Source: an uncultured beta proteobacterium
GTDB taxonomy: Bacteria; Pseudomonadota; Gammaproteobacteria; Burkholderiales; Gallionellaceae
Length of the DNA stretch: 64,000 nt
Direction of reading: 5' to 3'
Assembly (NCBI GenBank): GCA_963828205.1
Contig: CAWHDU010000011.1
Location: forward strand, 9,134-73,133
A program made the position numbers and the translations under genes. The notes beneath the pieces were generated by a model. That model did not search any database and was not told the origin of the DNA. It worked only from the letters and a program-made list of their open reading frames with translations. This document shows, one piece after another, positions 17,178-27,667 of this stretch (position 1 is its first letter; each line of letters begins with the position of its first letter).

Positions 17178-19652
17178 ATGCATGCGAAAGCACTCGAAAT
17201 GTGCGGTTTAACGAATGCGCGGATTGCCGGGCTGATGCTGGGCATCGCAGCCGCCATGACAGGCGGGATGGCAAGCGCCTTTACTTTTGTTGACCCCTAT
17301 GGATCGCCCTGCGCAAACCTGGTGCTGTCGGCGCAAGGGCAGGTCAATTGCGACAACAGGCCGATACTGACCGGATGCACCGGACAGATATTCATCGATG
17401 CGCAGGGGGCCGTCAAATGCGCCAGCAGCGTCCCGTCTGCCGTGTCCAACGTAACGGCGGCTGCCGGTAATTCCCAGGCTACAGTCACCTTTACCGCTCC
17501 ATCCGATGGCGGTTCTGCCATCACTGGCTACACCGTCGCCTCCAGCCCGACGGGTGGCACTGACGCCAATGCCGGGTCGACGGCGCTGAGCCACACCATC
17601 ACCGGCCTGATCAACGGTACGGAGTACACTTTTACCGTCACTGCCGCCAACAGCGTCGGCACCAGCCAAGCTTCAATTGCCAGCAACCCGGTTACCCCGA
17701 AGAGCAGCCAGACCGTGAGTTTTGGCAACGCTCCGGCGATTGCCGCCGGCGGAACCGGCACTGTTTCGGCTACTGCCACCTCCGGCCTTGCAGTCAGTTT
17801 CAGCAGCAAGACGGCGGGTATATGCACTGTATCAGGAAGCACCGTTACCGGAGTGGCCGCGGGTACCTGCACCATAGCCGCAGATCAGCCGGGCAGCGCC
17901 AGCTACAGCGCGGCTGCCCAAGTGACGCAGAGCTTTGCCATCAGCAGCGGTGGCGGCGGCGGTCAGACCGGCGTGCCGGTCTGCTCCTTGGTCATCCTCC
18001 CGGGCTATGGCAACACAATCATGCTGGTGGCGAATTGCACTCCTGCGGCGACTTCCTACACATGGTCTTCCAACGCCGGATTCGCCGCCACGGATGCTTC
18101 CGGCAGTCTTGCTACGCCCGGCCCCGGAACCACGTATACCGTCATCGGTAATAACGTCTCCGGCAGCGGCGCCGTGGCCAGCGCGACTTACTCCGCCAGC
18201 GGTGGCGGCGGTGGCGGTGGCGGTGGTGGCCAGACTGGTGTGCCGGTCTGCTCCCTGGTCATCCTCCCGGGCTATGGCAACACAATCATGCTGGTGGCGA
18301 ATTGCGCTCCTGCGGCGACTTCCTACACATGGTCTTCCAATGCCGGATTCGCCGCCACGGATGCTTCCGGCAGTCTTGCTACGCCCAACACACAAACCAC
18401 GTATACCGTCATTGGTAACAACGCCTCCGGCAGCAGCACCTTGGCCAGCGTAACTTACGCGGTGGCGTCTGCGCCCGTTTGCACCCTGACAGCCGCACCG
18501 CCCTCAATCGCCCCGAATGGCACATCGATCCTGACGGCCAGTTGCAGCCCGTTGGCGTCCAGTTACGTCTGGACCGGCGGCGCCTGCGCCGGGAATACTA
18601 CCGCTACCTGTACCGTGACACTGGCGGCGGGCAGCCAGACTTATACCGTAGCCGGATCCAACTCAACGGGAGCCGGCAATACCGCCAGTGCCACGGTGAC
18701 GGTTGCGCCGCCTGCCTGCACCCTGACGGCCGCGCCGCCCTCAATCGCCCCGAATGGCACATCGACCCTGACGGCCAGTTGCAGCCCGGCGGCGGCCAGT
18801 TACGCCTGGACAGGCGGCACCTGTGCCGGGAATACTACCGCTACCTGCACCGTGACACTGGCGGCGGGCAGCCAGATTTATAACGTGACCGGGACCAACG
18901 CAGCGGGAGCCGGCAATACCGCCAGCGCCACGGTGACGGTTGCGCCGCCTGCCTGCACCCTGACAGCCGCGCCATCCACGATTGCCCCGAATACCTCATC
19001 GACCCTGACGGCCAGTTGCAGCCCGGTGGCGGCCAGTTACGCCTGAACCGGCGGCACCTGCGCCGGGAATACTGCCGCTTCCTGCACCGTGACACTGGCG
19101 GCGGGCAGCACAACTTATAGCGTGACCGGAACCAACGCAACGGGGGCCGGCAATACCGCCAGCGCCACGGTGACGGTGGTCGCGCCGGGGACATGCGTTC
19201 AGTCAAACGTCAATGAGGTGATCGATTGGGTTACCGCCAGAGGGCAAAATTTAAATAGAGCAATACCAAACGGCGGGTCATACTCTTTCCAGTTCAAGAC
19301 CCCCAGTTATAATTGGGCGGCGAACGTGATCAAGGAGCAGAGTATCCTTGGTAATCCGGTCATGACTTTCCTTCATATATCGCCCACCCAATGCGATTTT
19401 ACCTATCCGAACTATAGTGCCTGGGACGGGTGCGGGACGTCCGGTGCGGTTGTTTCATTGAATTACATAGTCGAAGCAGTCGATTCGCATACCTTCGGTT
19501 CTTGCAGCCTGAGGCCGGATACGTGGTATTACGTCAATATTCGCAACGAAGATGCCGGATTCGATGCGACGGCGGCTTCGCGGTGGTCCAATGGGGGGCC
19601 GGATACCTGCGCGGTCGGTACGAGTTGCGGACTGCTTTTCCAGATACATTAA
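17178..19652 (+). CDS. Secreted repeat protein: Cys-loop N-module, FN3 domain, Ig-like repeats, Cys-containing C-terminal domain (in-frame TGA at 19044-19046)
   Basis: ORFs 17178-19046 and 19089-19652 share a frame. The stop replaces the Trp codon seen in sister repeats (SY.WTGG). FN3 'VTFTAPSDGGSAITGYTV...GLINGTEYTFTVTAANSVG'. Confidence 0.82.
17973..19190 (+). repeat. Intragenic tandem repeats: 2 x 267 bp (89 aa) then 3 x 237 bp (79 aa)
   Basis: Near-identical DNA units starting at 17973/18240 and at ~18481/18718/18955. Confidence 0.9.
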
Positions 19653-19777
19653 TTTGCATCGGGCGCAGGGCGCGCAGAGCAATTTATTTTCGATGCGCGG
19701 GTGGATGGATTCTTTTTCTGGTTTGAACACCGAACTGGTAATACCGCGGGCTTTACAGAATTTTTTAAGGATTACTA

Positions 19778-20710
19778 ATGAGCATTAAGAAATTGTTATG
19801 TGCATCGGCCATGTTGATTGTTTCGACCATTGCGGCGGCAAAGGAGGCGGCTCCGCAAGCCGGCGGCGGCAAGGATGAATCCTCCGGGAATGTTGTTCTG
19901 GTCAGCAGCGCCCGCGCAGCCGTAACCAGGGCGGATTTCGACACCGAGGTCGAGAAAGTGCCGGAGCAGGATCGCTTCGAGTTTCTGGCGAGCCGCGAGC
20001 GGATCGGGAAAGTCCTGGAGAGCATTCTGGTGCGAAAAACCCTGGCCGTCGAGGCGCTGGAATTGGGGTTGGATAAATTGCCCAGAAACATCAACAGGCT
20101 GAACGCGGCACGCGAACAAGTGCTTGCGACAGAAAGAATCCAGGCCATGGATCAGGGTAAAAAGGCGCCGGATTTTGAACTGCGGGCTAAGGAAATATAC
20201 CGGTCGTACCCCGATAAGTACACCGTAAAACCAACGGTGAAAGCATCGCATATCCTGATCGGTTTCAAGGATCGCAGCAAGGAGGAAGCGTTGAAACAGG
20301 CTCAGGAGGTATATGCCTTGGCCAAGAGCGGCAGTGATTTTGGAGAATTGGCGGAAAAGTATTCGAGCGACAAGAACGCTCCAAAGGGGGACTTGGGTCA
20401 TTTCTCCGCAGATATGATGGTCAAGCCTTTTTCCGATGCGGCTTTTGCGATGAGGCCGGGCGAAATCGGCGGCCCCGTCGAAACAAAATTTGGCTTTCAC
20501 GTAATCAAGGTGGCCGAAGCAAAGCCGGGTTTCAAGCAGGATTATGATGCGGTAAAGGCAAGCATCATCGAGGAACTGAAAACCGAATACTCTGCGGGGC
20601 TGAAAACAAACCATCTGATCAATATCCGCACGGACAAGTCCATCAAGGTCAACGAGGAGGAGATATTGAAAATCAAGACCACGCTCCCTCCTGTCGAAGC
20701 CAAGAAATAA
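19778..20710 (+). CDS. Exported parvulin (PpiC-type) peptidyl-prolyl isomerase, SurA/PrsA/EpsD-like
   Basis: Signal peptide; 'VKASHILI...DFGELAEKYSSD...KGDLG.F...MVKPFSDAAF..GEI.GPVETKFGFHVIKV'. Confidence 0.92.
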   Translation: MSIKKLLCASAMLIVSTIAAAKEAAPQAGGGKDESSGNVVLVSSARAAVTRADFDTEVEKVPEQDRFEFLASRERIGKVLESILVRKTLAVEALELGLDKLPRNINRLNAAREQVLATERIQAMDQGKKAPDFELRAKEIYRSYPDKYTVKPTVKASHILIGFKDRSKEEALKQAQEVYALAKSGSDFGELAEKYSSDKNAPKGDLGHFSADMMVKPFSDAAFAMRPGEIGGPVETKFGFHVIKVAEAKPGFKQDYDAVKASIIEELKTEYSAGLKTNHLINIRTDKSIKVNEEEILKIKTTLPPVEAKK

Positions 20711-20727
20711 GGTTGCAGGCAGGCTTG

Positions 20728-21516
20728 ATGTTATTTGCCGAAGCGTGGGGCTATCGCTGGTTGTTTGCAAATTTCCTGCGCAGGGAAATAAGCGGCCGGT
20801 ATGTGGGCAGCATCAGCGGCGTGTTGTGGGTGCTGCTGAACCCGCTGGCGTTGCTGGCGATTTACGGTTTTGTCTTTGCCGTGGTGTTTCGTGTCAATGT
20901 GCCGGAGCTGCAAGGGCGGGACTTTATAGAATTTGTCGCACTCGGGCTGTGGCCGTGGCTGGCGTTCCAGGAAGGGGTGCAGCGCGCAGCGATGTCGGTT
21001 CAATCGGCAGCGGGGCTGATCAAAAAAGTCGCCTTCCCGCATGAACTGCTGGCCTATGCTGCAGTAGCGTCCACCTACATCATTCATATGATTGGTTTTG
21101 TGTTTGTCCTGCTGGTCATGAAACTGGGCGGGAAGGATATCCATTTTTCCGCACTTCCCGTGGCGATGGTGTTCATTTTTTTCCAGGTGCTGTTCACCAG
21201 CGGTTTGGCGATGCTGTTCTCGGCGCTGCAGGTGTTCGTGCGCGACGTAGAGCATTTCCTGGCACCCCTGCTCATGATCTGGTTTTACGCAACGCCGGTG
21301 CTCTATCCGGCCAGCCTTGTACCAGAGCAAATTCAGAGCGTCATGGCATTGAACCCGATGGCTGCCTTTATTGACGGCACGCGCGATGCCATGCTTTATG
21401 GCGCGGACGGCTTGAGCATCAATAGCGCGATTCTGGCCGCTTTCGGTGTGGCGGTATTTGTGGCCGGACGCATCGTTTTCAGGCGGCTGTCGCCGCATTT
21501 CGAGGATTTCCTCTAG
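20728..21516 (+). CDS. wzm: ABC-2 polysaccharide exporter permease (Wzm-type)
   Basis: 'REISGRYVGSISGVLWVLLNPL', 'LIKKVAFP', 'RDVEH...WFYATPVLYP', 'NPMA'. Confidence 0.92.
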   Translation: MLFAEAWGYRWLFANFLRREISGRYVGSISGVLWVLLNPLALLAIYGFVFAVVFRVNVPELQGRDFIEFVALGLWPWLAFQEGVQRAAMSVQSAAGLIKKVAFPHELLAYAAVASTYIIHMIGFVFVLLVMKLGGKDIHFSALPVAMVFIFFQVLFTSGLAMLFSALQVFVRDVEHFLAPLLMIWFYATPVLYPASLVPEQIQSVMALNPMAAFIDGTRDAMLYGADGLSINSAILAAFGVAVFVAGRIVFRRLSPHFEDFL

Positions 21517-21698
21517 CGGGCAAACGACATGAAGCGCATTGACGGTCCGGCTTCTCGTTTCACGCGGTTGACTGATAGTTTCCTGCCTGGAATCCATATG
21601 ATCCAGAAAACCGCTATTGACAGCTTGTATTTTACGATAGCCAGGTTGACGATCGACTCTTGCGTTTTCGGTTTCAAACCTGCGAATAAGAGGAATTA

Positions 21699-23924
21699 AT
21701 GAGCGATGCACAGATGTTCGAGCAGGCTGCCCGTTTCTATAGCATGGGTAAGCTCGGGGAAGCCGAAGAGGTTTTTCGCAGGCTGGTTACCAAGCAGCCA
21801 ATCAATGCTGCGGCATGGTATTACCTCGCTGTAATTGAGCACCAGAAAGGAAGTCTTGCCGCCGCTCTGGAGAATATTGAACAGGCAATCAAGGCGCAAC
21901 CCCGGCAACCCAAATATTACGTGCTCAAGGGTAATGTGTTGCAGGATCAGGAAATGCTCGTTGACGCGGAGGCAAGTTTTCTTGCCGCGTTAAAAATCGA
22001 CCCGAATTATGCGCAGGCCTATAATAATCTCGGCATCGTATTGCGGGATCAGAAAAAATCGGTTGATGCGATCGAGGCTTTTCGGCAGGCGATTGAACGT
22101 GATCCAAAATATATCAAGGCCTACAACAATCTGGGGTCGGAGTTGCAGGCCGCCGGACGCCTGGAAGAGGCCGCCGAATATTATCGCCGTGCCGTCGAAT
22201 TAAAGCCGGATTATTTGTTAGCCATGTACAACCTCGCGATTGTAAGCTACCGGCTCGGACGCTATCCCGATGCCGATCTGTGGTTTCGCAACGCCCTGAA
22301 ATTGAAACCGGATCATGTTTCATCCAGCCTTGCCTACGGGCGCATGCTATTGGAGCAGTACAGGCTGAACGATGCGGAATTATGCCTGCAGAAGGCTGTA
22401 CACCTTGTGCCGCACGATGTTGCCGCAAATAATCTTCTGGCTGAAGTAATGGCCGCAGAAGGGAAAGCCGAGCAGGCGCGGGCAGTTTATCAACGGGGGA
22501 TGGAGCTCGATCCGGCGAGCCTGAGAGCCGCACTCGGAGCAGCGCTCACTTTACCTCAGGTATACAAGAACAGTGCCCAGGTGAACGCGGCGCGCGAACA
22601 TTTCGAATCCGGTTTGAATTCGCTGCTCGATAATATTGAAAAATATGGCCGGAACCCCGCAGAAAGAATTCTCGAGGAAATCATGTGGAACAATTTTAAT
22701 CTTGCCTATCAGGGGCGGGATGACAAGGAGCTGCAAAAAAAATATTCCACTTTCATCGAATCGCTCCTGATGCTCGCGGCGCCTCAATACATGAACCCGC
22801 TGCCAAAAAAGGATATTTCCGGAAGGCGGTTGCGAATCGGGTTCTTAAGCGGTTATTTTTATACCTGCACAGCGGGAATGTACTTTAATTCCTGGGTAAC
22901 ACGTCTGGATAAGAGCCGTTTCGAGACGTTTGTTTATTACACAAATACCATAAAGGACGGCATAACTGCGACCGTGTCGAACGCAGCCGATCATTTCAAG
23001 CAGTTAACCAAACCCCCTCTGGCGACTGCCGGCGAGGTGTGGGCAGATGAGCTTGACATACTTGTTTATCCCGAAGTCGGCATGAATGGAAAAACCTGCG
23101 TATTATCGTCGCTGCGCCTGGCACCGGTGCAGTGCGCTGGTTGGGGCCATCCGGTGACGACCGGCCATGTCAACATGGACTACTATTTTTCCAGCGCTCT
23201 GATGGAACCGGATCAAGCGCAGAGCCATTACACGGAGAAATTGCAGCTATTACCCGGCATTGGCACGGCCTATCCAAAAGTCAATTTGCCATCGCCTGCT
23301 TTGAGATCGGATTTTTCGCTGCCGGAAAACAAAACCCTGTATCTGTGTCCGCAATCGCTGTTCAAAATTCATCCGGACAACGACGAGCTTTTTCTGAGGG
23401 TTCTTGAAGGGGACGAGAATGGAGTGCTGATATTTTTCAGCGGGCAGCATGATGTGAGCTCCAACGCTTATATCAGCCGGCTTTCCGGCTTATTCGATGC
23501 GCGCGGGATGGAGAAAGCGGGGCGCGTGAAAATTCTACCCAAGATTGACCACGAGAATTACCTCAGGGTGAACATGCTATGCGATGTTATGCTTGACACG
23601 CTTTACTGGTCTGGCGGGAACACTTCGCTGGATGCGCTGGCCTGCGGTTTGCCTATTGTCACGCTGCCCGGCCAGTTCATGCGCGGACGGCAAAGTTACG
23701 GGATGCTGATGGCCATGGGGATTCCGGAAATGGTCGCCCGCGATGAGAATGATTTTGTGCGGATCGCGCTTTTACTGGGAAAAAATCCTGATTACCGGAA
23801 AGAAATATCGGCGCGCATCCGGAATGCAAACGGGCAAATGTTCGAGGATGGGGCGCCTGTCAAGGCGCTGGAGAATTATTTTATCGAGATTGCCTCATCC
23901 TCCGGGGCAGCAGCCGGGGCATGA
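21699..23924 (+). CDS. TPR-containing GT41 (O-GlcNAc transferase / HMW1C-like) glycosyltransferase
   Basis: N-terminal TPRs; C-terminal 'LDILVYPEVGM', 'GWGHPVTTG..DYYFS', 'DVMLDTLYWSGGNTSLDALACGLPIVTLPG'. Confidence 0.88.
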   Translation: MSDAQMFEQAARFYSMGKLGEAEEVFRRLVTKQPINAAAWYYLAVIEHQKGSLAAALENIEQAIKAQPRQPKYYVLKGNVLQDQEMLVDAEASFLAALKIDPNYAQAYNNLGIVLRDQKKSVDAIEAFRQAIERDPKYIKAYNNLGSELQAAGRLEEAAEYYRRAVELKPDYLLAMYNLAIVSYRLGRYPDADLWFRNALKLKPDHVSSSLAYGRMLLEQYRLNDAELCLQKAVHLVPHDVAANNLLAEVMAAEGKAEQARAVYQRGMELDPASLRAALGAALTLPQVYKNSAQVNAAREHFESGLNSLLDNIEKYGRNPAERILEEIMWNNFNLAYQGRDDKELQKKYSTFIESLLMLAAPQYMNPLPKKDISGRRLRIGFLSGYFYTCTAGMYFNSWVTRLDKSRFETFVYYTNTIKDGITATVSNAADHFKQLTKPPLATAGEVWADELDILVYPEVGMNGKTCVLSSLRLAPVQCAGWGHPVTTGHVNMDYYFSSALMEPDQAQSHYTEKLQLLPGIGTAYPKVNLPSPALRSDFSLPENKTLYLCPQSLFKIHPDNDELFLRVLEGDENGVLIFFSGQHDVSSNAYISRLSGLFDARGMEKAGRVKILPKIDHENYLRVNMLCDVMLDTLYWSGGNTSLDALACGLPIVTLPGQFMRGRQSYGMLMAMGIPEMVARDENDFVRIALLLGKNPDYRKEISARIRNANGQMFEDGAPVKALENYFIEIASSSGAAAGA

Positions 23925-25180
23925 CTTTGAACTTGCAAACACCAGGTGTCATGAATGAGTTATTGATCAAGCTGGATAATGTCGGGAAGGATTACCCGCT
24001 TACCTCCGCCGCAGGTGACAGGCTGAGGACGGTATGGTCGTTATTGTCAAGTCAAGGTGATATCCCGCACTACAGGGCATTGCAGGGCATCAGTTTCGAA
24101 ATGTGCCGCGGCGAATCGATCGGCTTGATCGGCGAGAATGGGGCGGGGAAATCGACGCTGCTCAAAATTATCGCCGGGGTGGTTAAGCCCTCCGAGGGCA
24201 AAATGCTTGTGCATGGGCGTATTGGCGCGCTTCTGGAGTTGGGAAGCGGCTTTCATCCGGAATACACCGGGCGGGAGAATATTTTTCTTGCCGCCGCGCT
24301 GATGGGGCTCTCTAAATCCGGTATCGCGGAAAAACTGGAATCAATAATCGAGTTTGCCGATATCGGGAGCCACATCGACCAGCCGATCAAGCACTATTCT
24401 TCCGGCATGGTGGTGCGGCTTGGCTTTGCGGTTGCGACGGCAATGCGGCCGGATATCCTTATCACGGATGAAGTGCTGGCGGTTGGCGATGAATCATTCC
24501 AGAAAAAATGTATTCGATGGATCGAGGAATATCTATCCGGCGGCGGCACGCTGCTATTGTGTTCGCACAGCATGTACCATATCCAGACGCTTTGCCAGAA
24601 GGCATTGTGGATACACGAGGGGCGCCTCCGGATGCACGGCAACAGTTTTGACGTGACACGCGAGTATCTGACGTATCACGAAGAAAAAAATAATCGCGCC
24701 CTGAGTTGCGAGCAGGTTGTGCAGCAGCAGGGCGGCATCTACCAAGTCCGCAAGCTTTGGTTGGAGGACGACGCTGGGGAACCGGCAGGTACGGCACCGA
24801 TGGGCGGCGTTCTGCGCCTTTGCGGCGTTGTGCATTCGCCTGACGGCAGGCCGCCGGTGATCCTGTTCGGCGTTGCCCGGGCTGATGGCACCTCGATTTA
24901 CGGCACCCACTCCAACGAGACAGCTTACCGTCCCAACCAGATCGGATCGTCAGAGTTCGGGTTTTGCGTGCGTCTTCCCAACCTCCAGTTGTTGCCGGGC
25001 AAATATATCATCCGTGCCCACGCCATGGATCCGGAGGGCTTGCGCCTGTTTGATACGGTAATCACCTCTGTGCTAATTACCGGACAGACTCGCGACTACT
25101 GTTTGTGCCGGCTTGAGCATGAATGGCTACCTGCAAGAGAAGATTTTGCCGCCATGGGGAATAATGAAATTGTGCGATGA
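23921..25180 (+). CDS. wzt: Polysaccharide ABC exporter ATPase with C-terminal Wzt_C domain
   Basis: Walker A GENGAGKST, signature YSSGMVVRLGF, Walker B ITDEVLAVGD, plus a C-terminal beta-sandwich extension. Confidence 0.93.
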   Translation: MTLNLQTPGVMNELLIKLDNVGKDYPLTSAAGDRLRTVWSLLSSQGDIPHYRALQGISFEMCRGESIGLIGENGAGKSTLLKIIAGVVKPSEGKMLVHGRIGALLELGSGFHPEYTGRENIFLAAALMGLSKSGIAEKLESIIEFADIGSHIDQPIKHYSSGMVVRLGFAVATAMRPDILITDEVLAVGDESFQKKCIRWIEEYLSGGGTLLLCSHSMYHIQTLCQKALWIHEGRLRMHGNSFDVTREYLTYHEEKNNRALSCEQVVQQQGGIYQVRKLWLEDDAGEPAGTAPMGGVLRLCGVVHSPDGRPPVILFGVARADGTSIYGTHSNETAYRPNQIGSSEFGFCVRLPNLQLLPGKYIIRAHAMDPEGLRLFDTVITSVLITGQTRDYCLCRLEHEWLPAREDFAAMGNNEIVR

Positions 25181-26411
25181 AGAATTGAAGCGCGCGGCCC
25201 CTGCGGGATATTCTGCAACGCTTAATGTAGCCGGCCTGGTATCCGAATACCGGGTTGGGCAATTGATGGCGATAAACTTGGATTTCGAGATTGATGGCAT
25301 CTGTCTCTTCAATCCGGTTATCCGCATCTTTATCCGCCGTTCCGGCACTGAGAAGCATCTGGCCGGTGCCGATACTCACCAGGGCGGGCTGTATTATCCC
25401 TGGCTTCCCAGGGGCGCTTACCGTTTCACGTTTTGCTGGCCTGTAAGCCTGCCCGCCGATAGATATGAACTGTGCGCGGCTTGGGGAACCGTGGAGGAAA
25501 TCAGGCTGCCCGACGTGATTTGGCCATTCTGTATTGAGGGAGAGCGCGCGGCCCATGCACCGGAAAACGGAGCTTGGGCGCCGGATGAGCCTACCCGTTT
25601 GCGCATAGAGGGCTTATCCTGGCAGAAGGGAATGACAAACTGGTTTCACCGCCATTTTTGCCATGCCGCCGGAGTGATTGGCGAATCTTTTCTTGCACGA
25701 TCGCCATTGTTGCATGGGCGCATTCTGGATATTGGCGCAGGTGAAGGCATTACCGATCTTGGCCTGTTTCTGCGCTATTGTCCGCGGGAATTGGTGGCGA
25801 TGGACATCGTCGATTATCTCAGGTTTTTGCCACGTGTTGCCCGGGAAAACGATCTTCCTCTGGAGGCGTTGCCGGAAGGATTTACATTTATTCAAGGCAG
25901 TTGCAACAGCATACCCTATGACGATGCCAGTTTTGATATCGTGATCTCCTGGGGGTCGCTGGAACATATTGCGGGCGGGTACCGGCGTACGCTTGATGAG
26001 GTGTGGCGGGTTCTGAAGCCGGGCGGACTGTTTTTCGTCAACCCCGGACTTTATTATTCATCCAACGGCAGCCATCTGGGGGAGTTCAGCGACGAACCCC
26101 ACCTTCACCTGAAGATTTCCGAGGACAAGCTGCATGATCTGGTCATGAACACTCCGCCCCGTATCATTGACCGCGCTGGATTTGATGTAAGCAATGCCGA
26201 TTACTGGAGGTTCTACAAGGAGTTGAACCGGATTCGGGTGGCCGGCTTCGAGGCGGAGTTGAAGGCGTACGGGTACACTGTTGTGCGCGCCGCGATCCGC
26301 ACCAGCGATATGGTGGAATATAGTCCGGAATTGCAATCTTACGGTATTTTGGACCTGGCGGTCGAAGATGCATTTTTCACCTTGCAAAAACCGGCAGAAA
26401 TTCCTGAATGA
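25164..26411 (+). CDS. Class I SAM-dependent methyltransferase with an N-terminal Wzt_C-like domain
   Basis: 'ILDIGAGEG', 'YDDASFDIVISWGSLEHI', 'RVLKPGGLF'. Start overlaps the wzt 3' end. Confidence 0.85.
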   Translation: MKLCDEELKRAAPAGYSATLNVAGLVSEYRVGQLMAINLDFEIDGICLFNPVIRIFIRRSGTEKHLAGADTHQGGLYYPWLPRGAYRFTFCWPVSLPADRYELCAAWGTVEEIRLPDVIWPFCIEGERAAHAPENGAWAPDEPTRLRIEGLSWQKGMTNWFHRHFCHAAGVIGESFLARSPLLHGRILDIGAGEGITDLGLFLRYCPRELVAMDIVDYLRFLPRVARENDLPLEALPEGFTFIQGSCNSIPYDDASFDIVISWGSLEHIAGGYRRTLDEVWRVLKPGGLFFVNPGLYYSSNGSHLGEFSDEPHLHLKISEDKLHDLVMNTPPRIIDRAGFDVSNADYWRFYKELNRIRVAGFEAELKAYGYTVVRAAIRTSDMVEYSPELQSYGILDLAVEDAFFTLQKPAEIPE

Positions 26412-26426
26412 AGGAGGGGGTACCAT

Positions 26427-27391
26427 TCACTTTTCAGGCAACTCGTTCTTGTTGGCGCTCCAGTAGGTAATCGGGCTCCAGAACGACGGCCTTTCATTGC
26501 CGACCGGGCCGATGTCGCAATTGCCGCAGACCGGCATTGCCGCACGGTTATTCTGCATCATTTGCTTGAATTGATTACGCGCCTCGCCGTTTTGAATTTC
26601 GCTGTACTTCTGCGTCAAGAGGTTGCCGAATACGCCAGCTCGTGGATGCATGCAACAGGGAACCACAGTGCCATCGGCATCAACGTATAGCTGGTTGATT
26701 TCGCCGAACCATGCATTCGAATGGAAGTCCTTCGCATCGGCGAGGAACATGCAATGGCCGGGCGGCGCGATGACGGTACGACCGGTCATGTTCTCTTGCG
26801 CCTGCGGCAGCGGCATCCAGCGCCTGAATTCCGGGAGCCAGCCGCGAGGACGCAAGACAGACTCCCATCGGCGCGCATCTTCCCGAGTGCGGATGATGGT
26901 TCTTGTCAAGAGTTGCGTTCCCGGGGCCACCGGTCACGCAAATAGGCAGCGCGTTCCAGGAAATCGATCAGCCTTTTCCATTTTGATGGCGGCCGCAAGC
27001 GCTCGTAGTCTTCCGGTGTGCCGTCGCCGTCGCAACTGACGAACAGCTTGGTAACGACTTCCTGCTTGAGCGTTTCTTCAAAGTCATCCCAGTAGACCCA
27101 TTGCGCGTTGGTGCTGATCTCGACTATCGATGCTTTCCATTGTTGCTCGGGAATCTGCGCAACGATAGATGAGAGTTGCTTGTGCAACAGCGGTTCGCCG
27201 TAATTGAACAAACGTAGCGAGTGGATGCGCTCGACGTCAATATTGCTGAGACAGCGTGCAAAATCTTCCACCGCGATGCGGCTTACTTTGGATGCCAGCA
27301 TCGAGTTCGGGCAGCCGACACACCGCAACTGGCAGCCATGAACGATATCAAAATGAACTGAGTAAAGGTGCTTCGGAAGAATAGTTGTCAT
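26427..27391 (-). CDS. Radical SAM protein with SPASM/twitch domain (apparent -1 frameshift at ~26925)
   Basis: CQLRCVGC (CxxxCxxC), 'NYGEPLLH', 'ISTN'. The downstream frame has 'VDADGTVVPCC...FGNL...CGNC'. One G restores R-W-A-P-G. Confidence 0.85.
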
Positions 27392-27667
27392 TGAATGAGG
27401 CAAGTCAATTTGGAGCGCGAACAAGGGAAAAGCATACGAATCAAACCGCGTTTATTATAACATGCGGCTAATTCCGAAGTCGCTTTCTGGCCTTCCTGAG
27501 GCAGAGGGTTAATGTAAGAACACGCACCATATTTTCCGATAAAAATTACCTCAATAGTGAGGCAGCGATCCCGATCCCCGGTATCTTTTCGTTATGATGC
27601 AATGCGTGACACCTGACAGAATTACAAGCTACCATTTGCAACTGAAACCCATCCCCTTCTATTTCTC

